From Carcharhinus longimanus (Eukaryota): 64,000 nucleotides of DNA. Within the stretch, counting starts at the first letter, position 1. Every line of letters begins with the position of its first letter. Under the pieces are notes generated by a model. That model was not told where the DNA came from. It did no database searches and worked only from the letters and a program-made list of their open reading frames with translations. Of this stretch, positions 13,065 to 25,934 are shown piece after piece. The stretch is taken from assembly GCA_030264375.1 (NCBI GenBank), contig JASCQW010000098.1, positions 42,219,538 to 42,283,537 of the forward strand, given 5' to 3'. The position numbers were made by a program, and so were the translations under genes.

Positions 13065-14295
13065 TTTGGCCACATTTTCCAAGCAGCGGTAATGACGAGT
13101 GGATCACTCATAAATTCCCTTGACTTGATGCTGCTGCGTATTTCTTCTGATCCTGGCTTTCAAAGAAGTGCACAATGCAGTATCCCTCAATATTTTGGCC
13201 TTTATTGCATAAGGGGTTGGAGGTTAAAGATAGGAGGGTTTTGTTGCAATTGTACAAGGTGTTGGTGAGGCCTCATCCAGAATTCTGCATATGGTTTTGG
13301 TCGCATTACCTAAAAAAGAATATAGTAACATTGGAGTCAGCCCAAAAGAGATTCACCAGGCTAATTCATGGGATGAGAAAGTTGGTCCTATCAAGAGAGA
13401 CTATATTGTTTGGGTCTGTGTTCCTTTGAGTTTAGAAGAGTGAGGGGTGACCATATCCAAACCTAAAGATCCTGAGGGGTCTTGACAGTGTAGATGGTGA
13501 AATGTTTTGACTTATGGGAGAGTCTCGAACAAGTGGACATAGCTACAAGGTAAAGGGTCAGTCATTTAAAATGGAGGCGGTGAATCTTTGGAATTCTCTG
13601 ACCCAAAGGTGAGTGGAGGCTGAATTATTAGAAATATTTAAAGTGGAGGTGGATAAATATTTGATAGATCAAGGAATAGAGGGCTATGGGGAGATGGCAC
13701 AGAAAAGGAGTTGAGACTGATATAGATCAGCTATGATTGTAGTGGATAGCAGGACAGACTTGAAAGGCCTGGTGGCCTTCACTTGCTTCTATTTCTGGTG
13801 TTGTGTTCTCAAGGAATTTCACTGAAGTGGAATAGAGTCAGGGAAAGAAAGGGCACACCATCTTTTAAGTTTAAATGTCTAGTTTGAATGTTAGTAAATG
13901 AGTGAATGAAAGAATTCACGAGAGCGGGTAAGTGGGTAAGGTAGATGATTAGGCGTGCAGAGTCTGGTCGGGAAGGATAGTCAGGTAGACAGGAAGGCTA
14001 TTGGATCTATTTGAGTGGGATCGTTGGTTCACTGGAGGTCAGTGGTATTCGGGTTGGACCTAGAGTTAGTAAGGAGGTATAGACAGTTCTAGCCAAGGAT
14101 AGCCAGGTGGTCAGAACAGTTAGTCAGGTCCAGTTAGGAGGGTCAGTTGGTCGAGTGTTGCGAGAAGTAGTCAGGTCGAAGGAGAAGTTGGCTAATCATT
14201 TGCAAGGGGGGAGGCGGGGGTGCAGTCTCCAGGGGAGTAGGAAAATTACCCTAACAAAATCATCCTGACAGCCCGGAGACTGTAAGATTTGATTT
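13065..14295. mobile_element. Putative non-autonomous DNA element with G-rich (ggtagtcagg-like) core, interrupted by CR1
   Basis: Start tggccacattttccaagcagcggtaatgacg resembles 47390 tggcctgaatcttccaagcagtggcaatgacg; same G-rich core. Confidence 0.5.
13175..13810 (+). mobile_element. CR1 LINE 3' fragment
   Basis: VLLQLYKVLVRPHPEFCIWFWSHYLKKNIVTLESAQKRFTRLI. Confidence 0.88.
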
Positions 14296-14309
14296 TGAAT
14301 AGTATAAAC

Positions 14310-14617
14310 GATAGCATGGTGGTTAGCACTGCTGCTTCACAGGTCCAGGGACCTGGTTCAATTCCCAGCTTGGGTCACTGTCTGTGTGTAGTTTGCACAT
14401 TCTCCTTGTGTCTACGTGGGTTTCCTCCAGGTACTCCGGCTTCCTCCCGCAGCTCAAAGATGTGCAGGTTAGGTTGATTGGCTATGCCCTTAGTGTCCTG
14501 AGATGCAAAGGTTAGAGGGATTAGTGGGTAAATATGTAAGGATGTGGGGGTAGGGCCTGGGTGGGATTGTGGTCGGTGCAGACTCGATGGGTCAAATGGC
14601 CTCTTTCTGTGCTGTTG
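14310..14617 (+). mobile_element. HE1-like V-SINE with CR1-type tail
   Basis: tRNA-like A/B boxes (tggtggttagcact / ggttcaattcc), V core, tail gatgggtcaaatggcctc. Confidence 0.85.
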
Positions 14618-14926
14618 GAAAATACAAATTCTTAGAAAGACATTGCACCTATTTATATTTGAAAACCATTGGTGTTCAGTCAAAAAAAGGCATTCTTAAT
14701 ATGTGATGAAATGTTTATAGTTTCTTTACTCAGGGAAGAAATGTCTCCTCAGGGGATGAGTTCAGTTGATTCTGTTCATCATACTCGTACCAGTAGTCAG
14801 TATTACCGTTTATTCATATATTTTGACATGGGTAGGCAAAATTTGAGTTCACAATGTTGTTGCATTCAATCATGTGGTAGGACCCTGATTCTTTGGCAAA
14901 TCTGACCTTGACATGTTGGACATGAC

Positions 14927-15566
14927 AAAGCTCCTCTTCAAATGAAGAGGCCAAATCTATTGCTTTTGAGTAGCTTCCAATGAATGGTCTATAATGTTTG
15001 TTCCATTTTTGAATATTGGATGCAAGTGACATACACTCACAACTTAGGTTTTCAAAGTCAGCAGGTTTAGAAAAATTCTTCACTTTGCTTGTCATTTTCA
15101 AATGTAACCTAATTTTTTTGCAGTTATGGAAATTTAAATAATTCCTTAAACCCAGTAACTAAGACTGAACTAAACTGTCAAAGATTATTTTTATTCCAGT
15201 CAGAACTTCAGTTATATTTACTTGATGAAATTGAAATTCTGCACACGTGGGGAGCTAAGATAAAATTTACTCATTTGAGGAACATAGGCAGAGTTTATAT
15301 CTATTCTGGTAAATTTAAAATGTGGCAGAGGTCCAGAATGTTTAATACATAGTGGAGTTATACTGCATCCAGTGACAATTCTGACTCTTGCAGAGGATCC
15401 CATAATACTGGACTGCAATGGTACATACATACCAGAGTTCTACCACCCCATCCAGCACGGGAATCAGAATAGGCGAGAGGTGGACAATTGAGAAGGCCCG
15501 TTGACCTAGGGCAGGATTTTCCAGTCTCGGGTTGAGCGAGGCAGGAAAATACCATCAGTAGATTCA
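14927..15566 (+). repeat. Local duplication, copy B
   Basis: Colinear with 11852-12500, including the same embedded MITE. Confidence 0.9.
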
Positions 15567-16434
15567 AAGTTTGACTGCAACTTTAGCATTGGGATTGTCA
15601 AAATAGTTATTTTTTCTACTGGGCAATAAAGTAACAAAACAATAGTAATATTCATTTCAGGCAAAAACCAGTCTCGGAGATAAAACAAAATCGAGCTTCT
15701 ATACCCTGATATCATCAGATTGGTATGTATAGAACACTCAAGATAAAAGTTGGAAAATGAAATTTTATCCATGTTGACATGGAGCCTTAAGAACCTTCTG
15801 TATAACCACTTATTCAAAATAATTCAATTTTTCTTGTTGGTTAAATTTTATGTTGTGTTTACCTGATCCATTTCTGATGCTGCCAATTTGCCAATTGAAA
15901 GTGTTACAATAAATGAAGAGTTAGGATTCAAGTTTAGGATGGCTGATTTGTATAATTTCCTTTAATTGTTCATATCACTAGGAAGGCCAGCATTTATTGC
16001 CAGCCCATATTTGTCCTTGAGAATTTCTTGAATAGTTACAATCTTTGTGGTGTAGACATTCTGCTTGTGCTGATAGGCAGAGTTCTAGGATTTTGGATCA
16101 ATTATGATGAAGAAATTATAATTCATTTCCAAGTTATGCAGGTCTTAACTTGGAGGGGAACTTGCATATGGTGTTGTTTTGATGTGTCTGCTGCTCTAGC
16201 GAGTAGAGGTCAAGATTTAGTAGGTGCTGTGAAAGAAACCTTGGTGAGTTTCTGCAGTTGGTGATGGTACACACTGCTGCTACCATGGTTGAGAGAGTAT
16301 TTAAAGTGGTGGATGTGTGCTACAGGAGGAATGCTGATATGATTGGCAATAGAGTTTCTTAAAAGAAAACGTGGAATTACTTTTGTGTATTATAGACTAA
16401 TTTTCTCCACCTGACTTTTGTCTTATGAGTGTAG

Positions 16435-16659
<225 letters not shown>

Positions 16660-17296
16660 TAACAACTAACTCTGAACAAATGAATGAATAGTTTGTGGAA
16701 ACAGAATGTTTTACTTGTATCAGTATACTTGACCATTAATTTCAGCACTGGAATTAGGTAGAGGTGCATTTCTATAAACTGTTTGTAGATATGGGTCATG
16801 CAGCTCACATACCTAAAACGTTAACCTTTTTTCCCCACAGATGCTGTCATAAGCTGNNNNNNNNNNNNNNNNNNNNNNNNNNNNNNNNNNNNNNNNNNNN
16901 NNNNNNNNNNNNNNNNNNNNNNNNNNNNNNNNNNNNNNNNNNNNNNNNNNNNNNNNNNNNNNNNNNNNNNNNNNNNNNNNNNNNNNNNNNNNNNNNNNNN
17001 NNNNNNNNNNNNNNNNNNNNNNNNNNNNNNNNNNNNNNNNNNNNNNNNNNNNNNNNNNNNNNNNNNNNNNNNNNNNNNNNNNNNNNNNNNNNNNNNNNNN
17101 NNNNNNNNNNNNNNNNNNNNNNNNNNNNNNNNNNNNNNNNNNNNNNNNNNNNNNNNNNNNNNNNNNNNNNNNNNNNNNNNNNNNNNNNNNNNNNNNNNNN
17201 NNNNNNNNNNNNNNNNNNNNNNNNNNNNNNNNNNNNNNNNNNNNNNNNNNNNNNNNNNNNNNNNNNNNNNNNNNNNNNNNNNNNNNNNNNNNNNNN

Positions 17297-17402
17297 ACTC
17301 TCCATTCACCTGACAAAGGGACAAACCCGAAAGCTTGTGAGTTTACTATCAAATAAATCGGTTGGACTTAAACGTGGTGTTGTCAGACTTTTTACTGTGT
17401 TC
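17297..17402 (+). mobile_element. PLE 3' pLTR end next to a gap
   Basis: aaataaatcggttggacttaaacgtggtgttgtcagact resembles the pLTR at 21520-21570. Confidence 0.7.
17306..17340 (+). ncRNA. Minimal type-I hammerhead motif, G8>A in the core
   Basis: TCAC CTGACAA A GGG-ACAAA-CCC GAAA GC TT GTGA; stem I TCAC/GTGA, stem II GGG/CCC, palindromic AAGCTT. Confidence 0.65.
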
Positions 17403-17649
17403 AGCTATTTCAAACAGAAGAGTAAATATTGGTGCTATAACTCCATTATTTCTATATCAAATGCAAAACTGATTAAATATTTTAGACAATTCACCAAGTT
17501 CCCATTTCTTTTTAAATTGTATATGAAATTTCTTTGATTTCTGTTGTGTCCACTGATCTATTTTCAATACTCAGTTCTGATAGTGTTAACAAGAAAAAGC
17601 TCCACATTCGTAATGAATAGGCACACTTGTCTTTTGGAATAAAATGCCT

Positions 17650-18025
17650 GCATAAGACCATATAGGGGCAGAATTAGGCTACTTGGCCCATCAAGTCTGC
17701 GCTGCCATTCAATCATGGCTGATACATTTCTCAACCACATTTATCCACCTTTCCCCCATTACCTTTGGTCCCCTTACAAATCAAGAACCTACCTATCTCT
17801 GTTTTAAATGCACTCAATGACATGCCTCCACAGCCTTCCGTTGCAATGAATTCCATCAATCCACCACCCTCTGAAGAAATTTCTCCTCATCTCAATTCTA
17901 TAGGGTCATCTCTTTACTCTGAGGCTGTGTCATCAGATCCTCGTCTCTCCTACTAAGGGAAACACTTTCCTCATGCCCATTCTATCCAGGCCTTGCAGTA
18001 TTCTGCAACTTTCAGTGAGATCCCT
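17650..18025 (-). mobile_element. CR1 LINE 3' end
   Basis: taggggcagaattaggctacttggcccatcaagtctgc... typical reverse CR1 tail. Confidence 0.75.
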
Positions 18026-18508
18026 CCATTCCCTCCCCCTTCTTGTTAAATTGTATGATGTTATAGTATATTAGTGTTAAGAACAGAATACTCTCTTTCT
18101 TTGCCCATTGATGTCAGGCACTGCCAAGTCAGGTGCAAGCTAATCACTCATAGCCATTCCATCCTCAGCCCCAGCCAGCCTTTCTCCAACCCCCCATTTT
18201 TCATTAAGGGCGTGTCATTATTTCTGTTTTCTATCTGTTTTCAAACATCTGCACTCTGGCATCTGTTGTTTCCCTGGCAAGAAATGGCCCAAATAAAGTT
18301 ATGACCTGCATTCTCACTGATTTGTAACCGTAATGCATTGTCTCTCCTTCAAGCTCTTTACAGAGTTTGATACAGTCATCTCTTTTATCCTTCTTCAATG
18401 TCTTTTTGTTTGCTCTGTGGAATTGGTCTGGCATATTTCCAACAGCTGCCTGTTTGAATGTTCAATAAGAAGTCCCACAGCACCAAGTCCAACAGGTTTA
18501 TTTGGTAG

Positions 18509-18543
18509 CACGAGCTTTCGGAGAGCTGCGCCTTCATCTTGTG
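18509..18543 (-). ncRNA. Hammerhead motif, left PLE arm (CUGA box mutated)
   Basis: Minus strand CAC AAGATGA AGGCGCAGCTCTCC GAAA GC TC GTG. Confidence 0.55.
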
Positions 18544-20844
18544 AGTGCAGGATTTGTTTCACAAACAGGGCATATATAGACACAAACTCAATTACAAGAT
18601 AATGGTTAGAATGCAAGTCTTAACAGTAATCAAGCCTTTACAGGTGCAGACAATGTGAGTGGAGAGAGGGTTAAGCACACATTAAAGAGTCTCAAGCCAG
18701 GACAGTTAATGAGATTTTGCAAGCTCAGGCAAGTCGTGGGGGTTACAGATAGTGTGACATGAATCCAAGATCCCAGCTGAGGCCGTTCTCGTGCAGAACT
18801 TGGCTGTTAGTTTCTGTTTGGCGTTTCCGCATCGTTATGTGCCTTGAAGGCCGCCTTGGAGAATGCTTATCCGAAGATCAGAGGCTGAATGCCTTGACTG
18901 CTGAAGTGTTTCCCGACAGGAAGGCAACACTCCTGTCTGGTGATTGCCGAGTGTTGTCCATTCATCCATCTGCATGGTCTCGCCATGTATCATTCCTCAG
19001 GACACCCTGTTCTGCAGCGTATCAGGTCAACAATGTTGGCTGAGTCACAAGAGTATGTGCCGTGTGCCTGGTGGATGATGTTCTCGGTGAGATGATGGCA
19101 TCCGTGTCGATGATCCGGCACATCCTGCACAGGCTGCTGTGGCAGGGTTGTGTGGTGTCGTAGTCACTGTTCTGCTGAAGGCTGGGTAGTTTGCTGTGTA
19201 CAGTGGTNNNNNNNNGTTTGAGGTTGCGCAGTTGTTTGAAGGCAAGTAGGGGTGTGGGGATGGCTTTGGCAAGATGTTCATGAAGGCTCTGGAGAAGATG
19301 TTGTAGCTTCTTCCCTCCGGGGAAGTACTGGACGATGAAGGGTACTCTGTCTGCCATGCCCCATGTTTGTCTTCTGAGGAAGTCAGTGCGACTTTTCGCT
19401 GTGGTGCGTCGGAACTGTCGAATGATGAGTTGAGCGCCATATCCTGTTCTTATGAACGCATCTTTCAGCATCTGTATATGTCTGTTGCGATTTTCCTCAT
19501 TTCAGCAGATCCTTTGTTTTGTCCTTTGGGGATGGCTTCTTTAATGTGTTCAGGATGAAAGCTGGAGAAGTGGAGCGTCGTGAGGTTATCCATGGGCTTG
19601 TCGTACAGTGAAGTGCTGAGGTGACCGTCCTTGATGGAGATGCGTGGGTCCAAGAATGCAACAGATTCCAGAGAGTAGCCCAAGGTGAGTTTGATGGTGG
19701 GGTGGAACTTGTTGATCATTATGTAGTTGTTTCATTGATTGTTTGCCGTGAGCCCAAAGAAAGAAAATGTCATCAGTGTATCCAGTATCAATGTATCAAT
19801 GTTGGTTGAAAGTCCTGTGTGGTGAAGTAGTCTTGTTTGAACGTCTGCATAAAGATGTTGGCATATTGAGGTGCGAATTTGATCCTCACAGCTGTTCCAT
19901 GTGTCTGGATGAAGAACTGGTTGTTGAAGGTGAAGACATTGTGATCCAGGATGAAGTGAATGAGTTGTAGAATTGCGTCTGGAGATTGGCAGTCGTTGGC
20001 ATTGAGTACTGAGGCAGTTGCAGCAATGCCATCGTCATGGGGGATGCTGGTTTATAGTGCCTAGCCATCCATTGTGATGAGGAGTGTTCCTGGTTCAACT
20101 GCTCCACGGGTGCTGTGCTTCTATGAGGAGTCCATAGTGTCGTGACAAAAGCTGGGGGTTCTTTGTATGATGGGTTTCAGGGTGTCCTCTTCGTAGCCAG
20201 AGTCCCACACAGGGTCCCATTGTCTGATACGATGGGATGGCTGAGCGTGTTGGCCTTGTGTGTCTTCGGGAGACAAATCTCCGATGCAAGGAGTACATGG
20301 GATGAGAGCACGGATCAAATGTCTTGATCACTTGGTTGAGTTGACGGGTGTGTTCTTTGGTCGGATCTACGGGCAACTGCCTGTAGTGTTCCTTGTTATT
20401 CAGTTGTTGGTACACTTCTTTCAGTAGTCCGTTCTGTTCGGAATGGCAGTGGCTCCTCCTTGTTCACTGGTTTGATGACAATGTCGCGGTTGGTCTGGAA
20501 AGCGTAGGTGGCATTGTGTTGTGCTTAGGTGACATTTGGGGCTGTCTTGAGTGCAGCTGATGAATCTGGCATTGATGCACCTCCTGATGGCTTGGGCATA
20601 CATGTTGAGTCGAGGACAGTGGCCTTCTGGAGGAGTCCAACTCGGCTCTTTCCTCTTTGGTTGCTGCACCGCGGATCTCTCTGTCAACTCTTCTGGTTCG
20701 TTGGCTGTTGACGTCTTGGGGTTTGTGGAAAAACTTGCGGAGTCTCATTCGCCTGATGAATTCCTCTGTGTCCGCTGTGAGACTGATGGGGTCCATTTTG
20801 GTAGTGGGGCAAAAATTGAGCTCTCAGCTGAGAACTTCGACTTC

Positions 20845-21285
20845 ACTGAAAGATGCCCTTGTAAGAACAGGATATGGTATGAAACTCATCGATCGATAAT
20901 TCTGATGCGCCACAGCGTGAAACCGCACAGACCTCCTCAGAAGACAAACACAGGACATTTCGTTGTCTTGGCCAACATTGTCTACCTGATATACTGCAAG
21001 AAAGGATGTCCCAAGGCATGGTACATTGGCGAGACCATACAGATGCTACAGCAATGGATGAATGAACAGCGCTCAACAGTCACCAGACAGGAGTGTTCCC
21101 TTCCTGTCAGGGAACACTTCAGCAGTCAAGGGCATTCAGCCTCTGATCTTCGGATAAGCGTTCTCCAAGGCGGCCTTCAAGAGACACGACAAAGCAGAAT
21201 CGCTGAGCAGAAACTGATAGCCAAGTTCAGCACACATGAGGATGTCCTCAACCAGGATCTTGGGTTCATGTCGCACTACCTGTAA
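20845..21285 (+). pseudogene. GIY-YIG endonuclease remnant of the inverted PLE arm
   Basis: NIVYLIYCKKGCPKAWYIGET...EHF...AEQKLIAKF..HEDVLN. Confidence 0.85.
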
Positions 21286-21484
21286 CTCCTGGGCTTGCAA
21301 AATCTCACTAATTGTCCTAGCTTGGGATAATTCACACCTTTTTAGCCTGTGCTTAACCCTCTCTCCACTCACATTGCCTGTACCTGTAAAGACTTGATTA
21401 CCTATTAAGACTCGCATTCCAACCATTATTTTGTAAATGAGTTTGTGTCTGTATAGGTCCTGTTTGTGAAACAAATCCTGCACT

Positions 21485-21519
21485 CATCTGATGAAGGAGC
21501 AGCACCCTGAAAGCTCGTG
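21485..21519 (+). ncRNA. Minimal type-I hammerhead motif with intact core, right PLE arm
   Basis: CAT CTGATGA AGGAGCAGCACCCT GAAA GC TC GTG; stem I CAU/GUG, AGG/CCU stem II, AGCU palindrome, CUC cleavage triplet. Confidence 0.7.
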
Positions 21520-21744
21520 CTACCAAATAACCCTGTTGGACTTTAACTTGGTATTGTGAGGCTACTTACTGTGCCTATCCCAGTCCAACGTTGGCAATTT
21601 CACATCTTTAAATGTTAACACAAGCATCTCAGTATTTTGGCTTTTCTTCACACCAGTATTCCATTGCAACCAAGGCCCACAGGATACACGTTCAACCCCT
21701 TCTCCACTTACCTGGACACTGACAAGGGGCCTGCTTAGACCACC

Positions 21745-23160
21745 AGACATAGAAGCAGAATTAGGCCACTCAGCCCCTTGAGTCTGCTCCATCATTCAAT
21801 TATGACTGATATTTTTCTCACCCCATTCTCCTGCCTTTTCCCCACAATCCCTGATCCCCTTATTATTCAAGAGGCTATTTATTACTGTCTTAAACACACT
21901 CAGTGACCTGTCCTCCACAGCCTTCTGCGGCAAAGAGGTCCATGGATTCACCACACTGTAGCTGAAGAAATTCCTCCTCATCTCTGTTTTAAAAGATCGT
22001 CCCTTTAATCTGAGGTCGTGCCTTCTGGTTCTAGTTTTTCCTACTAGTATCCTATAAGTTTCAATAAGATTCCTCCCTCACCCTTCTAAACTCCAACGAG
22101 CACAGACCCAGAGTCCTCACACGACAAGCTCTTCATTCCAGGGATAACTCTTTTGAACCTTCTCTGGACCCTTTCCAAGACCAGCACATCCTTCCTCTGA
22201 TATGGGGCCCAAAACTGCTCACCATACTCCATATGGGGTCAGACTGGAGCCTTATACAGCCTCAGAAGTTCATCTCTGCTTTTATATTCTAGCCCTCTCA
22301 AGATGAATGCTAACATTGCATTTACCTTCCTAATTGCTGATTGAGCCTGCAAGTTAACCTTAAGAGAGTCTTGAACAATGACTCCCAAGTCCCTTTCTGT
22401 TTCTGATTTCCTAAACATTTTCCTATTTAGAAAATAGTCTTTGCCTGTGTTCCTCCTTCCCAAATGCATAATCTCGCACTTTTCCACATTGTATTCCATC
22501 TGCCACTTCTTTGCCCACTCTCCTAACCTGTCCAAAGCCTTCTGCAGCCTTCCTGCTTCCTCAATACAACTTGTCCCTCTACATATCTTTATATCATCTG
22601 CAAACTTAGCAATAGTGCTTTCACTTCCTTCTTCTAAATTGTTAATGTATATTGTGAAAAGTTGTGATCCCAACACTGACCTCTGAGGCACACCACTAGT
22701 CACCGGCTGCCATCTGAAAAAGACTCCTTCATCCCCACTGTCTGCCTTGTACAAGTCAGCCAGTCCTCTATCCATGCCAGGATCTTACCCTTAATACCAT
22801 GGGCTCTTAATTTATTTGTCCATCTCCTATGTGGCACCTTGTCAAAGGCCTTTCGGAAATTAAATAAGTCATGTCCCCTAGTTCCCCTTTATCTAACTTT
22901 CTTATTACCTCCTCAAAGAACTCTTAACAGAGTTGTCAGACATGACCTCCCCTTGATGAAGCCGCGCTAACTCAGTCCTATTTTGTCATACACTTCCAAT
23001 GCTCCATGATCTCATCTTTAATAATGGACTTTCAAATCTTGCCAGTGACCAAAGTCAGGCTAACCAGCCTGTGACTTCCTGTCTGGTGCCTTCCCTCCCT
23101 TCATAATCAGCAGTGTTACATTAGCTACTTTCCAATCCTCTGGGACCCTCCCTGCTTCCA
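21745..23160 (-). mobile_element. CR1 (HER1-like) LINE, 5'-truncated
   Basis: VTSGVPQRSVLGSQLFTIYINNL, KFADDIKI, LLRLYKA; MRRNFFS..VVNPWTSLPQKAVE. Confidence 0.92.
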
Positions 23161-23870
23161 TGTATACTGATGACATCTTTCTATAATGACTTCCGAAATT
23201 ATTTCCCTGGACTTCTCTGCCTTTCAACTTCTCTCTCCTTTAAAATAAATTCCCAAAATTAATCTTTTAAACTAAGCTCTTGGGCACCTGTCCCAGTCTC
23301 CTTCATTGAGTTGCTGGTTGTTTTAAAAATGTTCTCCTGTGAAGAGATTTAGAATTGAGTTAAAGGGCACTATATAAATACAAATTGTGGTGGTACATAA
23401 GGCTTGCTGGTTTGTTTATTTTAAACTTCATGTTCTCTGGACCAAGCATCTCCTTTTCATAAGACTTGTCCATTCTTAAAGCTTCACCAAATCAACTACC
23501 CTTTCAGTCAGTTTTGAGCCAAGAGTTAGAATTAAGCTGAGATCCCAGAGGTTTAATAACTCATTATGTCAGCCCTTAAAACACTTAAATACATTTTAGT
23601 TAATGTGATAATTTTGTGTAACATTGTGTCTACCTTTTTTTGGCCATATAAGGATAACTGGTTAGCTTTGGTGTAAGTAGGAGAAGATAAATAATTTGGA
23701 ACTATATTATCAAAGACACAACTTAAATTCTGAATGTGTTCTCAAGTAAATGAAACTGAGTAATGACGTTCAGCTCATCCAAATCCATCACTCCAGAAGA
23801 CCCAATGATTCAGTTGCTAAATAAATTACCTGTCAGCTCATGTCTTTTGTCTGAATTATTTCTGGTGCTT

Positions 23871-24040
23871 AAATAAAAGCAAAACACTGGAAATATGAAA
23901 TAAAAACAGAAAATGCTGGGTAAACTCATCAGATGTTCTGTAGAAGAGTCATATGGCCTTGAAATGTTAATTCTGTTTCTCTCTCCCCAGATGCTGCCAG
24001 ACCTGCTCAACTTATGCAGCATTTTCTATTTTTAGTTTTA
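23871..24040. mobile_element. PLE-derived foldback mini-element with degenerate hammerhead (23935-23971, +)
   Basis: Inverted arms aaaacagaaaatgctg / cagcattttctatttt; GTT CTGTAGA AGAGTCATATGGCCTT GAAA TG TT AAT; possible TSD GTGCTT. Confidence 0.65.
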
Positions 24041-24174
24041 GTGCTTTATTGTTTCCTTACATCTTACTGGCAGTACTCTGTACGATCTGACTTGTTTTTT
24101 TTGACTTGTTCCACTTATGATTTAGTATTATTTGTATGAGAAACAAGAAATTAATATACATATATGGTGAATTT

Positions 24175-24650
24175 AACATAAGGAAATCCCCCAGTGATTC
24201 ACAGGAGAATTATAAAGCTAAGTTTGGGCACTGTGCCACAAAAGGAACTATTAGGGCAGGTGACCAAAAGCTTGGTCAAAGAAGTGAGCTTTAGGAAGCA
24301 CCTTAAAGAAGGAGAGGTGGAGTGTTATGAGATGTAGAGAGGGAATTGCAGAGTTCAGGGCCACAGCTTTAAATGTTAAAACAATTAAAATTGAGGATAC
24401 TCGAGGCCAGAATTAGAAGAGCGAAGATATAAAGGATATAATCCTTTAATATAAGATATAAAGGGCTTGGTAAAGTTGCAATGATAAGGTGAGATAAGGC
24501 CTTGGAGGAATTTGAGACCAAATATGAGAGTTTTAAAATTAAGGCGTTGCTACACCAGAGGCCACTGGAGGTAAGCAACCTCAGGAGTGATAGGTGATTG
24601 GGACTTGGTGCAGGCAAGGGCAGCAGAGTTTTGGATCATCTCCTGTTTAC
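24175..24650 (-). mobile_element. L2 LINE 3' fragment
   Basis: tattagggcaggtgaccaaaagcttggtcaaagaagtg... related copies near 44620-45165 (+) and 53690-53860 (-). Confidence 0.6.
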
Positions 24651-24961
24651 CTGATTTGATTTATTACTGTCACATGTATTACTATGCAATGAAAAGTATT
24701 ATTTTGTACACACTATATACAGATCATTCGTAGAGAAGGAAAGGAGAGAATGCAGAATGTAGAGGCGATTCTCCCAAAAGTACTGAAATGGCGAGAAAAC
24801 TGGTGTAAATCACAACTGTTTTTTTCAGTTCAACTTCAGACCTGAATCTGTGCAATGCAGAGATCATAATTGTGAATCTAATTAAAAGCTTAGTTGAGCT
24901 CCGATCTGGCAGTGCCTCCCTGTTTGCTAGCCAGTTCAATGTCCGGGATCCTTGCAGTGCT

Positions 24962-24996
<35 letters not shown>

Positions 24997-25096
24997 NNNN
25001 NNNNNNNNNNNNNNNNNNNNNNNNNNNNNNNNNNNNNNNNNNNNNNNNNNNNNNNNNNNNNNNNNNNNNNNNNNNNNNNNNNNNNNNNNNNNNNNN

Positions 25097-25520
25097 AGAG
25101 AGAGAGAGAGAGAGAGAGTGACTGAGAGACAGAGACAGAGAGATTCAGAGACAAACAGAGAGAGACAGAGGAAGAGATAGAGAGAGAGTGACTGAGAGAC
25201 AGTGAGAGAGAGAGAGATAAAGAGATGGAGATGGACAGAGAGCGAGAGAAAGAAAGAAAGGGAGAGAGAAAGATAGAGCAAGAAAAGAATGGAGAGACAG
25301 AGCAGGACAGAGTGAGGGAGACAGAGAGAGAGAGAGAGACAGAGGGAGACTGATACAGAGAGACTGAGAGCGAGGGAGAGACAGAGTGAGAGAGACAGTG
25401 AGAGTGACAGAGAGGCAGGGAGAGGGGGAGAGAGAGACAGAGAGGGAGAGGGAGAGAGAGACAGAGCGAGAGAGAGAGAGAGATAGTGAGAGACAGAGAG
25501 AGAGGGACAGAGTGAGACAC
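25097..25520. repeat. Degenerate (GA)n/(GACA)n microsatellite
   Basis: Seen directly; source of the low-complexity SL/RE ORFs. Confidence 0.95.
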
Positions 25521-25934
25521 CACTGGATCCAAGTGGGTCCAGACAGTGAACTGTTACCACCAGTGCTCACAATTGGTGGAGATGTTTTTTGAATGTTGGG
25601 TTAGTGAGCTGGGATGTAGCATTGCTTTGTAGTGTCAGTGTCAGACACATTGTGCTGTGTAACAGACAGGGAGGAGAGTGTCTGAACTCAGTGCCGGAAC
25701 TACAGAATTCCTCCTTTAGCACTCAGAGCTGGAGTGAGATTGTCAACAAATTAACGCACGCACAAAATCTGCTCACCCAAACTTCCAAACACACAAAGTC
25801 TGTAAGTTGCCAGCCCCACACAGCAACATCCGTGTTGTGCGATTAACCCTCATCTCACCCCAAAGTTTCACTCAATTAGATGATGCATATAAGGACTAAT
25901 AGTTTAGCTGGCATCTGGCAGCCCACGGTAATTT

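Larger units (their letters stand above)
18463..21606 (-). mobile_element. Penelope-like element (Neptune-type) with inverted pLTR arm; ~10-bp TSD
   Basis: Minus-strand RT remnants (INKFHPTIKLT, YDKPMD..LHFSSFHPEHIKEAIP, Cys-rich linker PCHSSLCRMC); inverted GIY-YIG arm 20845-21606 on +; flanks TTTGAATGTT (18453) and TTTAAATGTT (21607). Confidence 0.9.

Noticed and set aside
20551-21285. 244-aa ORF as a novel or domesticated nuclease gene
   Set aside because: It crosses the PLE inversion junction; the first part is antisense RT sequence and the GIY-YIG part has degenerate residues.
24962-24996. 35-nt poly-G as a G-quadruplex element
   Set aside because: It abuts a gap, so its length and existence are unreliable and may be a sequencing artefact.
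24724-25592. Ser/Leu-rich and Arg/Glu-rich ORFs
   Set aside because: Translations of the GA microsatellite and poly-G run.
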